Positions 1-9,211 of a DNA stretch of 58,634 nucleotides are shown piece after piece (position 1 is the stretch's first letter; each line of letters starts with the position of its first letter). The notes beneath the pieces were generated by a model. The model worked only from the letters and a program-made list of their open reading frames with translations, was not told where the DNA came from and made no database searches. The position numbers and the translations under genes were made by a program. The stretch covers positions 1 through 58,634 of the forward strand of contig JBGTKQ010000146.1 of assembly GCA_041744555.1 (NCBI GenBank), in the 5' to 3' direction. Source of the DNA: Pyrinomonadaceae bacterium (GTDB lineage Bacteria; Acidobacteriota; Blastocatellia; Pyrinomonadales; Pyrinomonadaceae).

Positions 1-1
1 A

Positions 2-784
2 GAGAAGAGCGTCGAACTGGCAAAGGTAGAAGATTTTGAATCCGTCACAGGTAAAGGGATCACGGGATCGATCGATGGAAAAAGGATTCTGCTCGGCAAT
101 GCGAAACTGATGACGGAAAACAACATTAATTTCCCGGCGGACGGAAAAGCCGACGGGCTTCGAGCCGAAGGGCAAACAGTAATGTTCGTCGCCGTTGACG
201 GGAAATCCGCCGGGCTGGTCGGCGTCGCTGACACGGTCAAAGAGTCTGCAAAAGATGCGATTGACGAATTGCACCGGCAGAAGATCGAAGTCGTAATGAT
301 GACCGGCGACAACGCGATCACAGCCGACGCGGTCGCCAAAAAGCTCGGCATCGACAAAGTCTTCGCCGACGTTCTGCCCGAACAAAAGGCGGAAAAGATC
401 AAAGAGTTACAGTCGCAGGGCAAGATCGTCGCCATGGCCGGCGACGGCGTAAACGACGCCCCGGCCCTCGCTCAGGCTCAGGTCGGGATCGCGATGGGAA
501 CCGGAACTGACGTAGCAATGGAAAGCGCCGACATTACGCTTTTAAAAGGGGACCTTCGCGGAATCCTGCGCGCGAAGAAACTAAGCGAAGCGACGATGAA
601 GAATATCCGTCAGAACTTGTTCTTCGCATTCATTTACAACCTCGTTGGCGTACCGATCGCAGCGGGCGTTCTGTTTCCGGTTTTTGGTTTGTTGTTAAGT
701 CCGATGATCGCAAGTGCCGCGATGACGTTTAGCTCGGTATCAGTTATAGTCAACGCTCTACGTTTGAGGAATTTGAAACTGTAG
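2..784 (+). CDS. P1B-type heavy-metal-translocating ATPase, C-terminal part (5' end lies upstream of window)
   Basis: The frame is open from nt 2 ([33 protein letters not shown]...), so the ORF-track Met at 110 is internal. It carries the P-type hinge motif [16 protein letters not shown] and two terminal TM helices. TAG stop at 782-784. Confidence 0.9.
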   Translation, partial: EKSVELAKVEDFESVTGKGITGSIDGKRILLGNAKLMTENNINFPADGKADGLRAEGQTVMFVAVDGKSAGLVGVADTVKESAKDAIDELHRQKIEVVMMTGDNAITADAVAKKLGIDKVFADVLPEQKAEKIKELQSQGKIVAMAGDGVNDAPALAQAQVGIAMGTGTDVAMESADITLLKGDLRGILRAKKLSEATMKNIRQNLFFAFIYNLVGVPIAAGVLFPVFGLLLSPMIASAAMTFSSVSVIVNALRLRNLKL

Positions 785-844
785 CACAGGTAAAACCGCG
801 AGCGGTAGAGATTTGATTTCTGTTTTAGCTTAGGCAAACTGTTT

Positions 845-927
845 ACGGAGTGGTTTTGAATTTTGGTGTCGGCCTGAAGGCCGTGGCTAAGGTAAAACAG
901 GTACCGCAAAACATTCGACCACTCCGT
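845..927 (+). promoter_or_regulatory. Structured intergenic element: 10-bp perfect inverted repeat enclosing a GC hairpin
   Basis: ACGGAGTGGT (845-854) is the exact reverse complement of ACCACTCCGT (918-927). An inner hairpin CGGCC-tgaa-GGCCG lies at 870-883. Direct 9-mers: CCGTGGCTA at 881-889 and 924-932, AGGTAAAAC at 788-796 and 890-898. Function unknown. Confidence 0.3.
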
Positions 928-951
928 GGCTAGGAATCGAGGACAATCCAA

Positions 952-1758
952 ATGAAAAAACAAACAATCTTTACAGGTATTTTATCGTTGTTGCTAGTCG
1001 CGTCGATCTTTGCGCACGATCTGTTTCTAAAAACGGACAGCTTTTTTCTGAAGCCGAACTCGAAATTTACCGTCAACGTGATGAACGGAACGTTTCTGAC
1101 GAGCGAGGGAGCGGTTACATTTGCCCGGCTGAACGACGTGAGCGTCGTTTCGGGTGGAAAACGCACGCATCCGCAGGAAGCCGATCTTACCAAAGACGAA
1201 ACGACGGCCTTTCTAAACCTGACAACAGGAGCGGCGGGAACTTACGTCGTCGGGCTCTCAACCAAAACGCGCGAGATCGCTCTAAAAGCTGCGGATTTTA
1301 ACGAGTATCTTCGCGAAGACGGCTTGCCTGACACGCTAGAAGAACGCCGCAAGACCGGCGAACTCGAAAAGGACGCAAAAGAGCGTTATGCCAAGCATGT
1401 TAAAGCAATTCTGCAGGTTGGCAAAAATCAAACCGACGATTACAAAACGATCCTTGGCTATCCCGTCGAACTCGTCCCGCAGCAGAATCCGTACAAATTG
1501 AAAAAGGGCGACTCGATCGAGATATTGTGTTTGAAAGACGGGAAACCGCTCAACGGACAAGTTGTTCTGGCCGGCCGTGAAGAAGGCGGTAAAATAAAGA
1601 CATCGTCCGAACTCAGAAGCGACGCGAAAGGCATCGTGAAGTTGAAGCTTGATGGCTCAGGCAAGTGGTATGTGAAGTTTATCAATATGACCAAACTCGA
1701 CGACCCTGATCTGAACTACGAATCTAAATGGACAACGCTCACTTTTGAGATTAAATGA
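952..1758 (+). CDS. DUF4198-family periplasmic protein (family associated with Ni/Co uptake)
   Basis: Signal peptide MKKQTIFTGILSLLLVASIFA followed directly by HDLFLK, the typical mature N-terminus of DUF4198 proteins. Length of about 270 aa fits. The stop overlaps the next start (ATGA at 1755-1758). Confidence 0.7.
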   Translation: MKKQTIFTGILSLLLVASIFAHDLFLKTDSFFLKPNSKFTVNVMNGTFLTSEGAVTFARLNDVSVVSGGKRTHPQEADLTKDETTAFLNLTTGAAGTYVVGLSTKTREIALKAADFNEYLREDGLPDTLEERRKTGELEKDAKERYAKHVKAILQVGKNQTDDYKTILGYPVELVPQQNPYKLKKGDSIEILCLKDGKPLNGQVVLAGREEGGKIKTSSELRSDAKGIVKLKLDGSGKWYVKFINMTKLDDPDLNYESKWTTLTFEIK

Positions 1759-3134
1759 GCCCATCGGTATCAAAACACCACGCGAGAATTCTCCTCGTCG
1801 ATGACGATGATTCGCTGCGGCGTGTGCTTGAATTCCAGCTGATTGAGGCTGGTTTCAAAGTTGTAAGTAAGAGTGACGGCAGGGAAGCACTGGATAAATT
1901 CTCAAGTGAAGAATTCGACTGTTTGATCACAGATTGGCGAATGCCAAAGATGAGTGGCTCACAACTCGTTAGTCAGGCGACGGCGATCAACAGCGTGGTA
2001 CCGATAATTGTTATCACGGCCTTCGGCGATGTCGAAATTGCCGTTGAAGCGATGCGCGGTGGGGCTTTTGATTTTATAACCAAACCTTTTAATCGTCCGG
2101 AACTTCTGCTCACGATCGAGAAGGCTCTGAAGTATGGGACCGTCCTCGCGGAAAATCGACGGCTTAGGCGCCAAGTCCATGAAGATTTTCAGATCGAGAA
2201 TGTTATTGGAAAATCTGAGAAGATGCTCGCCGTTTACGATCTTGTCGATCGTGTTTCAAAAACCAACGTAACCGTATTGATCGAAGGCGAATCGGGTACG
2301 GGGAAGGAGCTAATTGCGAAGGGAATTCATTTTTCAGGATCGCGACGCGAGCGTCCGTTCGTCACAATCAACTGTGCCGCAATACCTGAAACGCTGATCG
2401 AGGCAGAGCTATTTGGGTACAAAAAGGGCGCGTTTACGGGTGCGGCCCAGGAGTCCAAGGGGAAATTTGAAGAGGCGAATAGCGGAACCTTGTTTCTTGA
2501 CGAGATCAGCGCGATGCCGCTCGGGTCCCAAACAAGGCTGTTGCGGGTTCTTCAGGAACAAGAGGTGACACGTCTGGGCGAAAATAGCCCACGCAAGATC
2601 GACGTTCGGATCATCGCCGCGACTAACGAGAATCTGCCTGAACTGATAAAAGAAAGCACATTTCGAGAGGATCTTTACTATCGTCTTTCCGTAGTGCCTA
2701 TCATTATCCCTCCGCTCCGCGAGCGACGAGAAGATATACCAATTCTGACCGAATTCTTTGTCACCAGAACCGCGTCAAAACACGGGATCAAGCCACCTAA
2801 ACTTACGCGCGAGGTGTTCAAGATCTTTTTCGATTATCCGTGGATGGGCAACGTGCGCGAGCTTGAAAATTTGATCGAGCGGATGGTGGTCCTTTCCGAT
2901 GGCGATGCTCTGACTCTCGATGACGTGCCAACAGCGGTAAAAGCCCCATCGCCTCTCAACGGGCGCCTCTGGTTTTCTCTGCCTTCAGACCCAATAAATC
3001 TCGACGATATGGAATGTGAGATCATTCGTATCTCACTCAAGAGGCATGACGGCAATCAGTCCCAGACGTCACGGTTTCTGGGCATTACTCGAAGCGCCCT
3101 TATTTACCGGATGCAAAAGTACGGCTTGGAATAG
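1755..3134 (+). CDS. Sigma-54-dependent response regulator (NtrC/AtoC family)
   Basis: REC domain (LLVDDDD, ITDWRMP, ITKPF). AAA+ sigma54-activator core (GESGTGKE Walker A, intact GAFTGA, LFLDEI Walker B). C-terminal Fis-type HTH. Confidence 0.93.
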   Translation: MSPSVSKHHARILLVDDDDSLRRVLEFQLIEAGFKVVSKSDGREALDKFSSEEFDCLITDWRMPKMSGSQLVSQATAINSVVPIIVITAFGDVEIAVEAMRGGAFDFITKPFNRPELLLTIEKALKYGTVLAENRRLRRQVHEDFQIENVIGKSEKMLAVYDLVDRVSKTNVTVLIEGESGTGKELIAKGIHFSGSRRERPFVTINCAAIPETLIEAELFGYKKGAFTGAAQESKGKFEEANSGTLFLDEISAMPLGSQTRLLRVLQEQEVTRLGENSPRKIDVRIIAATNENLPELIKESTFREDLYYRLSVVPIIIPPLRERREDIPILTEFFVTRTASKHGIKPPKLTREVFKIFFDYPWMGNVRELENLIERMVVLSDGDALTLDDVPTAVKAPSPLNGRLWFSLPSDPINLDDMECEIIRISLKRHDGNQSQTSRFLGITRSALIYRMQKYGLE

Positions 3135-3163
3135 ATCGAATCCGAGACTTAGGTCTCCGCACA

Positions 3164-4309
3164 ATGGATACTGAATCGTTCAACATTGTCTCTTCCCGAA
3201 ATCGGCTGTACGTCTGGATCGCTATCGCCGCCACGATCATTCTTGTTACGGTCCTGCATTTTCTGACACCGACGGACCAGATCGTTTGGCACGAGATCTA
3301 CCAACGTCTCTATTACGTACCGATCATAACGGCGGCTTTGCTATTTGGACTCCGGGGCGGGCTGGCAGCATCTATTTTCACAACGGTCATCTATTCACAC
3401 CATGTTTTTCTCCATTGGCAAGAGGGCCATTTTGATTATTCGATAAATCAATATGCTGAGATAGTCATCTTCAATCTCGTTGGCGGGATTATGGGTGCGC
3501 TTGGGGACAGACTTCGTAAGGCACGTGAGCGAGCTGAGAAGAATGCCGAACAAAAACGCCAGGCCTATGAAGAGTTGCAGGCGACGTTCCAGCAGCTACT
3601 GCAAGCTGAAAAGCTGGCATCACTCGGGGAGCTTTCTGCGGGCATCGTTCATGAGGTCCGCAACCCTCTCGCCTCGATAAAAGGTGCGATCGAAATACTC
3701 GAGGACGAGTTAGGTCCCGATAGCCCCCGCACGGAGTTTGCAGATCTCGCGCGAAAAGAGATCGACAGATTGGACCGGTTGGTTGGAGAGTTCTTGCGGT
3801 TTGCCAAACCCGCCAAGCCCTCGAAAGCATTCAGCGACCCAAACGATGTTGTCCAGTCAGTGACCGCGCTAATTGAGAATCAAGCCGTATCTCAGTCCGT
3901 CACGGTTGTTAAAAATCTACAAAAGGACATTCCAAGCGTCCTGATTGATCCCGAAAAGATAAAGCAGATTATTTTGAACCTGGCGATCAACGGAATGCAG
4001 GCGATGGACAACTCAAACGGGACAGTCAAAACATTAACTTTTCGAACGATTGAGCGAGACGGCAAGTGCGTGATCGCGGTTGGGGACTCAGGACCTGGCA
4101 TTGACAAAGAATACTTCTCGAAGATCTTTGATCCGTTCTTCACAACCAAAGAAAATGGAGTCGGTCTTGGGCTTTCGATAGCGCATAAGATCGCCGCCCA
4201 GCACGATGCGTTACTGACCGTCGAAAACGTCACGCAAGGGGCTCTTTTTTCTCTAGTTCTTCCGATTCACTCGGTGGAGTTAGCGTCGACGAAGACGAAA
4301 AAGGGTTGA
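3164..4309 (+). CDS. Sensor histidine kinase with membrane-embedded N-terminal sensor domain
   Basis: About 120 aa of TM helices with no large periplasmic loop. H-box GIVHEVRNPL, N-box NLAINGMQAM, G-boxes DSGPGI and GVGLGLSI. Confidence 0.9.
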   Translation: MDTESFNIVSSRNRLYVWIAIAATIILVTVLHFLTPTDQIVWHEIYQRLYYVPIITAALLFGLRGGLAASIFTTVIYSHHVFLHWQEGHFDYSINQYAEIVIFNLVGGIMGALGDRLRKARERAEKNAEQKRQAYEELQATFQQLLQAEKLASLGELSAGIVHEVRNPLASIKGAIEILEDELGPDSPRTEFADLARKEIDRLDRLVGEFLRFAKPAKPSKAFSDPNDVVQSVTALIENQAVSQSVTVVKNLQKDIPSVLIDPEKIKQIILNLAINGMQAMDNSNGTVKTLTFRTIERDGKCVIAVGDSGPGIDKEYFSKIFDPFFTTKENGVGLGLSIAHKIAAQHDALLTVENVTQGALFSLVLPIHSVELASTKTKKG

Positions 4310-4345
4310 TCGGTGTAGGTCAAAATCTCACCGTCCGTAAACAAC

Positions 4346-5449
4346 CTAAAGTTTCAGCTTTATAACCTCTGATCCAGCCAGTAGGTATGCCCCTGCGCCG
4401 AAAACTTCCCAACTATCGGCGTTAAAATCGCGACGCGGGTCAGCACCAATAGGCTGGGTCCAGCCGACCTTTCCGTCCGGATGCACGAGCGTGTTTACTC
4501 CGATCCATGCGTTTTTCACGGCCGGCAGAAACTTTTTCTTGTCTAGTACCTTGTTATTGATTCCCCATGCCATCGCGTAAGTGTAAAAACCGGAACCGCT
4601 ACTTTCGCCGCCCGGATACGCTTCGGGATCGAGCAGGCTCGATCGCCACAGGCCGTCGGGTTGCTGTAGGTCAACGACGCGATCCATTATTTCCTTGTAT
4701 TGCTTGAGATAGAACCCGCGTTTCGGGTTGTTCTTCGGCAACTCTTCGAGCAGCCGGACAAGCCCGCCAACGACCCAACCATTACCGCGGCTCCAGAATA
4801 TCTTCTTACCATTCGCCTCGCGCTTGCCCTCGCCTTTCTCATTTGTTAAGAATGACGCATCGCGTGCGTAGAGGCGTTCTTCTTTGTCGTAAAGACGATC
4901 GAATGTTTGCTGAAAATATTGGTCGTTAAGCTCCAGATACCTTATGTCTCCCGTGATCGCGGCCAGCTTGGCGAGAGTCGGCGGAGCCATAAATAGGGCA
5001 TCGCACCACCACCAGATGATGCCGTGTTGCTGAATCTCTTGGCCTTTCGCACCTTCGGCTTTTATCTTCTCAACGACATCTATCGTCGGCTGGAGCATTT
5101 TTTTGTCCTTGGTGATGCGATACATATCGAGATATGTTTGGTTGATCACGATATCGTCGGCGTGATCGAAACGCTTGCCCGGCCCCCATTTATTCGTCTC
5201 GCCCATCTCAACCATCGCGTCCCACATCTCATTCGACTTCGTCGTTTCCCACGCCGAAAAAACACCCGCGTAGAATGCGCCATTCGTCCATTTGAACAAG
5301 TCATGCTTCGGATTGTCTAACTGCCATTTCGCGACCGAAAGCATTCGTGATTCGATCGCTTTTCGTTTGAAAATATCCGGTTCTTGTGCGAATACAAATG
5401 ACGCGTTCAAGCAAGCGATCGTTAGGACGCTTAGGATTAGTATTTTCAT
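4346..5449 (-). CDS. Unsaturated uronyl hydrolase, GH105/GH88 family (Glyco_hydro_88 fold)
   Basis: Signal peptide MKILILSVLTIACLNASFVFA; family-typical blocks RGNGWVVGGL, WRSSLLDP, GSGFYTYAMAWG. I use the ATG at 5449 rather than the ORF-track start at 5485, which would overlap kduI by 29 nt. Confidence 0.85.
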   Translation of the reverse strand: MKILILSVLTIACLNASFVFAQEPDIFKRKAIESRMLSVAKWQLDNPKHDLFKWTNGAFYAGVFSAWETTKSNEMWDAMVEMGETNKWGPGKRFDHADDIVINQTYLDMYRITKDKKMLQPTIDVVEKIKAEGAKGQEIQQHGIIWWWCDALFMAPPTLAKLAAITGDIRYLELNDQYFQQTFDRLYDKEERLYARDASFLTNEKGEGKREANGKKIFWSRGNGWVVGGLVRLLEELPKNNPKRGFYLKQYKEIMDRVVDLQQPDGLWRSSLLDPEAYPGGESSGSGFYTYAMAWGINNKVLDKKKFLPAVKNAWIGVNTLVHPDGKVGWTQPIGADPRRDFNADSWEVFGAGAYLLAGSEVIKLKL

Positions 5450-5456
5450 TGATCTC

Positions 5457-6305
5457 TTATCGTAGCTGGCAGATGTCCAGCACATTCATATCCGTGTAAT
5501 CAAGATTTTCGCCGCCCATCGCCCAGATGAAGTCGTAGTTCGTCGTGCCGACGCCCATGTGGATCGACCACGGCGGCGAGACGACCGACTGGTCGTTTTC
5601 CATCACCATGTGGCGAAGGTTTTCGGGCTGTCCCATAAAGTGCATGAGCCGCTGGCCTTCTTTCAGGTCGAAATAGAAATAGACCTCGGAACGCCGATCG
5701 TGCAGGTGCGGCGGACACGTGTTCCAAACGCTGCCGTGCTTCATCGCTGTCAAGCCAAGCAAGAGCTGCGACGATTTGCAGACTGCGGGAACGACGTATT
5801 GATAAACGGTACGTTCGTTCGCGTTGTCGCTCGATCCAAGTTCTTTTGCGACTGCCTGATCGATCGAGATATGTTGTACCTCGAACCGAGCGTGAGCGGG
5901 TGTCGAGGCAAGATAGAATCGCGTCGGGTCTTTCGTGTCGTTTGACTCAAAGGTAACGCTCTCAGTTCCCATCGGCACGTAGAGTGCGTCCTTAGGCCTT
6001 AGTTCAAACGGATCGCCATCGGCCGTCACAATTCCGCCTGTCGAGCCGACATTTACAATTCCGATCTCGCGGCGCTCGAGAAATGGTTTACCTTGCGCCG
6101 ATTCCGGCTCGGTCTGAACCGGTAATGAAACGGGCGACGAGGTAGGTGCCGCTCCGCCAATAACGAATCTTTCGTAGTGAAGATAGTTGAGACGAACTTC
6201 GCCCTCGGCAAAAAGATCGTTGATCAAGTATTGCTCGCGAATGTCTTCGTTCGTTGCTCCGTCAAGTGCCCGCGGGCTGGTTGCGTAATAAGTTTTGTGA
6301 AACAT
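5457..6305 (-). CDS. kduI: 5-dehydro-4-deoxy-D-glucuronate isomerase
   Basis: Full-length, about 280 aa. N-terminus [11 protein letters not shown]...[11 protein letters not shown] and the bicupin block [19 protein letters not shown] are characteristic of KduI. Confidence 0.9.
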   Translation of the reverse strand: MFHKTYYATSPRALDGATNEDIREQYLINDLFAEGEVRLNYLHYERFVIGGAAPTSSPVSLPVQTEPESAQGKPFLERREIGIVNVGSTGGIVTADGDPFELRPKDALYVPMGTESVTFESNDTKDPTRFYLASTPAHARFEVQHISIDQAVAKELGSSDNANERTVYQYVVPAVCKSSQLLLGLTAMKHGSVWNTCPPHLHDRRSEVYFYFDLKEGQRLMHFMGQPENLRHMVMENDQSVVSPPWSIHMGVGTTNYDFIWAMGGENLDYTDMNVLDICQLR

Positions 6306-6314
6306 ATATTTGTT

Positions 6315-7511
6315 TTAGTATCCAAGAATTTCTGCAATATTGGTGTCTCGATCTTTGCTCAGTTTGTCGGCGAATCTTTGATATTCAGGTTCGTTATACT
6401 TTCGTCCGGCAATTTTGAGCAAGGCCGTGGACACGCCAAATTCGCGTGCTTTGATCTGTTTGTAAGTCCACTCTTTCTCGTTGCGAATGAATGGAAGAAG
6501 CCAAGTGAACGCTTTCCGTATCCCGCGGTTATCAGGGCTTTCGTATTTCCAAAGATCGACGCCGACGGTTTCAGCAAGCCGAGCGATAGTGAAAAATCCA
6601 AAGAGATTCATGTTCGTGTAGCCCCAACTGAGGGTTCGAGCGAGTTCATGCGGTTGGCTGCCGTCGGTTTCTATCTGCGATCTGATGCGAGCTTTCGAAA
6701 TATCTATCTGCCTTAACGCAATATCGCGTCGCTCGGCAAAGATCGCGTAAGAGATCACCTGAACGTCATAATACGTGCCGTGATTGTTTCGCTGGGCTGC
6801 TTCGTCTTTCCCTATAGGGCTTTCGATCATCCATTTGAGAAAGTCAGCGAACCACTTCTTTAATCCGTCGCGATCCGATTTGGACCAGAACAAACTTCCA
6901 CTTAAGAGCGTCGTTGCATCGATCACGCGATATAGTCCGCGCGTTTCGATCAGACCAATTCCGCGGCCGGAACTGATTCCCGGGATGCCTTGGCCGAAGT
7001 TTAGATTCGGATTCTGACCCGTTTTCAGATCGAGAAACCAGGTGCGGACAACGGACGCGGCAAGCTCTGCATATTTCTCGTCGCGACTGAAATAATAGGC
7101 AAGCGAAAGCGTTTCGGAATCGCTCATCATTTCCCCCAGTTCGGTTGAATCGGAGATCTTCAAAAGCTCAGGGTTTCGCTCGCCGTCCCGACGAATGTAG
7201 GGAAGTCCGTTTGGCTTCGCAGGATCTGGCCACCAATAAGGACCTTGGCTCATGTAGTCATGCTTATCTCCGCTCGGTGGGTTCTGAGACTTATTGGTCA
7301 CTGAATAGGTCCGCTTCGCCTTGACCAACTTATCGGCTTTTTCTCGAATTTCCCGGATCGCCGCTTTGATCGCCGGATCAATCGATGTTCGGTTTGCAAG
7401 TAGAATCTTTCCATCGAGAACGATCGTTGCGGGTGCTTGGGCCAGCATCGGAATCCACGTCGCGAAAAAAAGGATGACGCCAGAAAAAAAGTTTGAAACG
7501 AGAGTTCTCAC
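6315..7511 (-). CDS. Alginate-lyase-family polysaccharide lyase (Pfam Alginate_lyase-like), secreted
   Basis: Signal peptide ending IPMLAQA. Blocks GDKHDYMSQGPYWWPDP and RNNHGTYYDVQV resemble the (alpha/alpha) toroid lyase family that includes AlgL (NNHSYW). Confidence 0.75.
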   Translation of the reverse strand: MRTLVSNFFSGVILFFATWIPMLAQAPATIVLDGKILLANRTSIDPAIKAAIREIREKADKLVKAKRTYSVTNKSQNPPSGDKHDYMSQGPYWWPDPAKPNGLPYIRRDGERNPELLKISDSTELGEMMSDSETLSLAYYFSRDEKYAELAASVVRTWFLDLKTGQNPNLNFGQGIPGISSGRGIGLIETRGLYRVIDATTLLSGSLFWSKSDRDGLKKWFADFLKWMIESPIGKDEAAQRNNHGTYYDVQVISYAIFAERRDIALRQIDISKARIRSQIETDGSQPHELARTLSWGYTNMNLFGFFTIARLAETVGVDLWKYESPDNRGIRKAFTWLLPFIRNEKEWTYKQIKAREFGVSTALLKIAGRKYNEPEYQRFADKLSKDRDTNIAEILGY

Positions 7512-7552
7512 AATTTCTTGAAATTGAGCGATACTTATCTATGGAGCGTTAA

Positions 7553-8836
7553 ATTCTGACTAACGGATCACCCCAAAAACTTTACGGAAACGGCTCGCCG
7601 CATGCCGCACTGACCGATCAAGAACTTCGGCAGATCGTCGCTAGTGCACTTTCAGACGTTACCGCGGAATCTCGCATTCTTGCGATAATTCCAGACGATA
7701 CTCGCGACGACAATACACATATTCTATTTCCATTTGCCGCCGACGTCCTTCGTTCTAAAAACGTTACGATCTTTGACGCGCTCGTTGCACAGGGAACGCA
7801 TGCACCAATGAGCGACGATGAAAAGCTCGCGAAGATAGGACGGCCGAAACACTTTTCCGGCACCATTTTCGATCACCGCTGGGACGATCCGGCAGAGCTT
7901 GTCCTCATCGGCGAACTCTCGGTGGAAAAGGTCAACGAGATCACCGGCGGGCTTTTCAATGAACCGATCCAACTAACGATCAATCGCTTACTTGCACCCG
8001 ATGTTTACGATCTGGTGCTTATCTTCGGAGCAACGGTACCGCACGAAGTTGCCGGATTTGCCGGTGGTGCAAAGTACTTCTTTCCAGGAGTCTCTGGTCC
8101 CGAGCTCACGCATAAAACACATTGGCTGGCCGCTCTTGCAACCATCGAAAACATCATCGGGCGGGTCGAGGCACCGACCCGTCATTTGATCGAAGCGGCG
8201 GCAGACCACATCAGTGCCGAAACCATCGCGTTCACTTCTGTTTGCAGTCGGACCGATGTCGATAGCCTTTGTACACATGCTCTTTTCGCCGGCGACTTTC
8301 GCACTTCGCTACGCAAAGCCGCCGAGATCAGCAAATCGATTCACATCAAATACACTGGCCGAAAATACAAGCGGGTCGTCGCGTTACTCGACGAACATTA
8401 CAAAGATCTATGGGTCGGCGGTAAGGCCAGTTATCGGCTCGGCGCCATCATCGAGGAAGGCGGCGAGCTGATTATCTTCGCTCCAAAACTAAACTGTATT
8501 TCGGCAACACACGGCGAGGCGATCGAACGCTTTGGCGGTTATGCACCGATCGAAAAGATCAAAGATATGGTTGCCGCGTCAACTGACCTCCAAGCCAATC
8601 TATGCGTCGCGGCCCATCTCGCACATGTTTCGTATGCAGGCCGATCTAACGGCGATCCGAATTATCAAATAACTCTTGCATCGAACGTGACTGAGGACAC
8701 GTGCCGACGCGTAAATCTTAATTACCTGGACCCAAACCGCTTCGATATTTCCGCCTATCAAGAAGATGCTGACACCTTGATCGTAGAACGGGCCGGACGC
8801 GATCTTTACCTTATCGAACCTTTCGAAGCGATCTGA
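7553..8836 (+). CDS. LarA-like (DUF2088) nickel-pincer-cofactor-dependent 2-hydroxyacid racemase/epimerase homologue; start codon unresolved
   Basis: The ORF track starts at Met 7808, but the same frame is open back to 7553. That stretch encodes family-conserved motifs: IIPDDTRD (PDDTR at 7691-7705) and QGTH (7790-7801). Downstream are PH(8042)EVAGFAGGAK(8072) and THKTH. There is no ATG/GTG/TTG in frame between 7553 and 7808. ATG-GAG-CGT-TAA lies in the same frame at 7541-7552. Confidence 0.75.
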   Translation: MLTNGSPQKLYGNGSPHAALTDQELRQIVASALSDVTAESRILAIIPDDTRDDNTHILFPFAADVLRSKNVTIFDALVAQGTHAPMSDDEKLAKIGRPKHFSGTIFDHRWDDPAELVLIGELSVEKVNEITGGLFNEPIQLTINRLLAPDVYDLVLIFGATVPHEVAGFAGGAKYFFPGVSGPELTHKTHWLAALATIENIIGRVEAPTRHLIEAAADHISAETIAFTSVCSRTDVDSLCTHALFAGDFRTSLRKAAEISKSIHIKYTGRKYKRVVALLDEHYKDLWVGGKASYRLGAIIEEGGELIIFAPKLNCISATHGEAIERFGGYAPIEKIKDMVAASTDLQANLCVAAHLAHVSYAGRSNGDPNYQITLASNVTEDTCRRVNLNYLDPNRFDISAYQEDADTLIVERAGRDLYLIEPFEAI

Positions 8837-8848
8837 ACTCTGCCTCTA

Positions 8849-9202
8849 TTACGAAAGAAACTCTTCCCGGATCGGCGAAAATATGTCAATTAGGACCACT
8901 TCTTCATCAAGCATCGTCGCACCGTGACGATTGTGCGGCGGAAAATGGAGCACGTCGCCGGGCGACAATATCTGGACCTCGCCTTCGATAGTGAATTTAA
9001 CCTTACCCTTAATTACCAATGTCATTTGCTCGTGCGGATGTGTGTGTTCCGGCGTGATGAGGAACGGCTCAAAGGTGAACCGACACATCATCATATTTTG
9101 TCCAACGACCATTTGCCGCTTGATTCCTGGACCCGGAGTTTCAATGGTGATCTTTGTCCAATCAGTTACCAATGCAGTTGTACTAATTTCTTCGCTAATC
9201 AT
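8849..9202 (-). CDS. Small cupin, KdgF-like (putative unsaturated-uronate linearising enzyme)
   Basis: 117-aa single cupin with a His cluster (EHTHPHEQ ... HNRHGA) and the C-terminal block VLIDIFSPIREEFL. Its size and its position in a uronate locus match KdgF. Confidence 0.6.
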   Translation of the reverse strand: MISEEISTTALVTDWTKITIETPGPGIKRQMVVGQNMMMCRFTFEPFLITPEHTHPHEQMTLVIKGKVKFTIEGEVQILSPGDVLHFPPHNRHGATMLDEEVVLIDIFSPIREEFLS

Positions 9203-9211
9203 AAACCCCTG

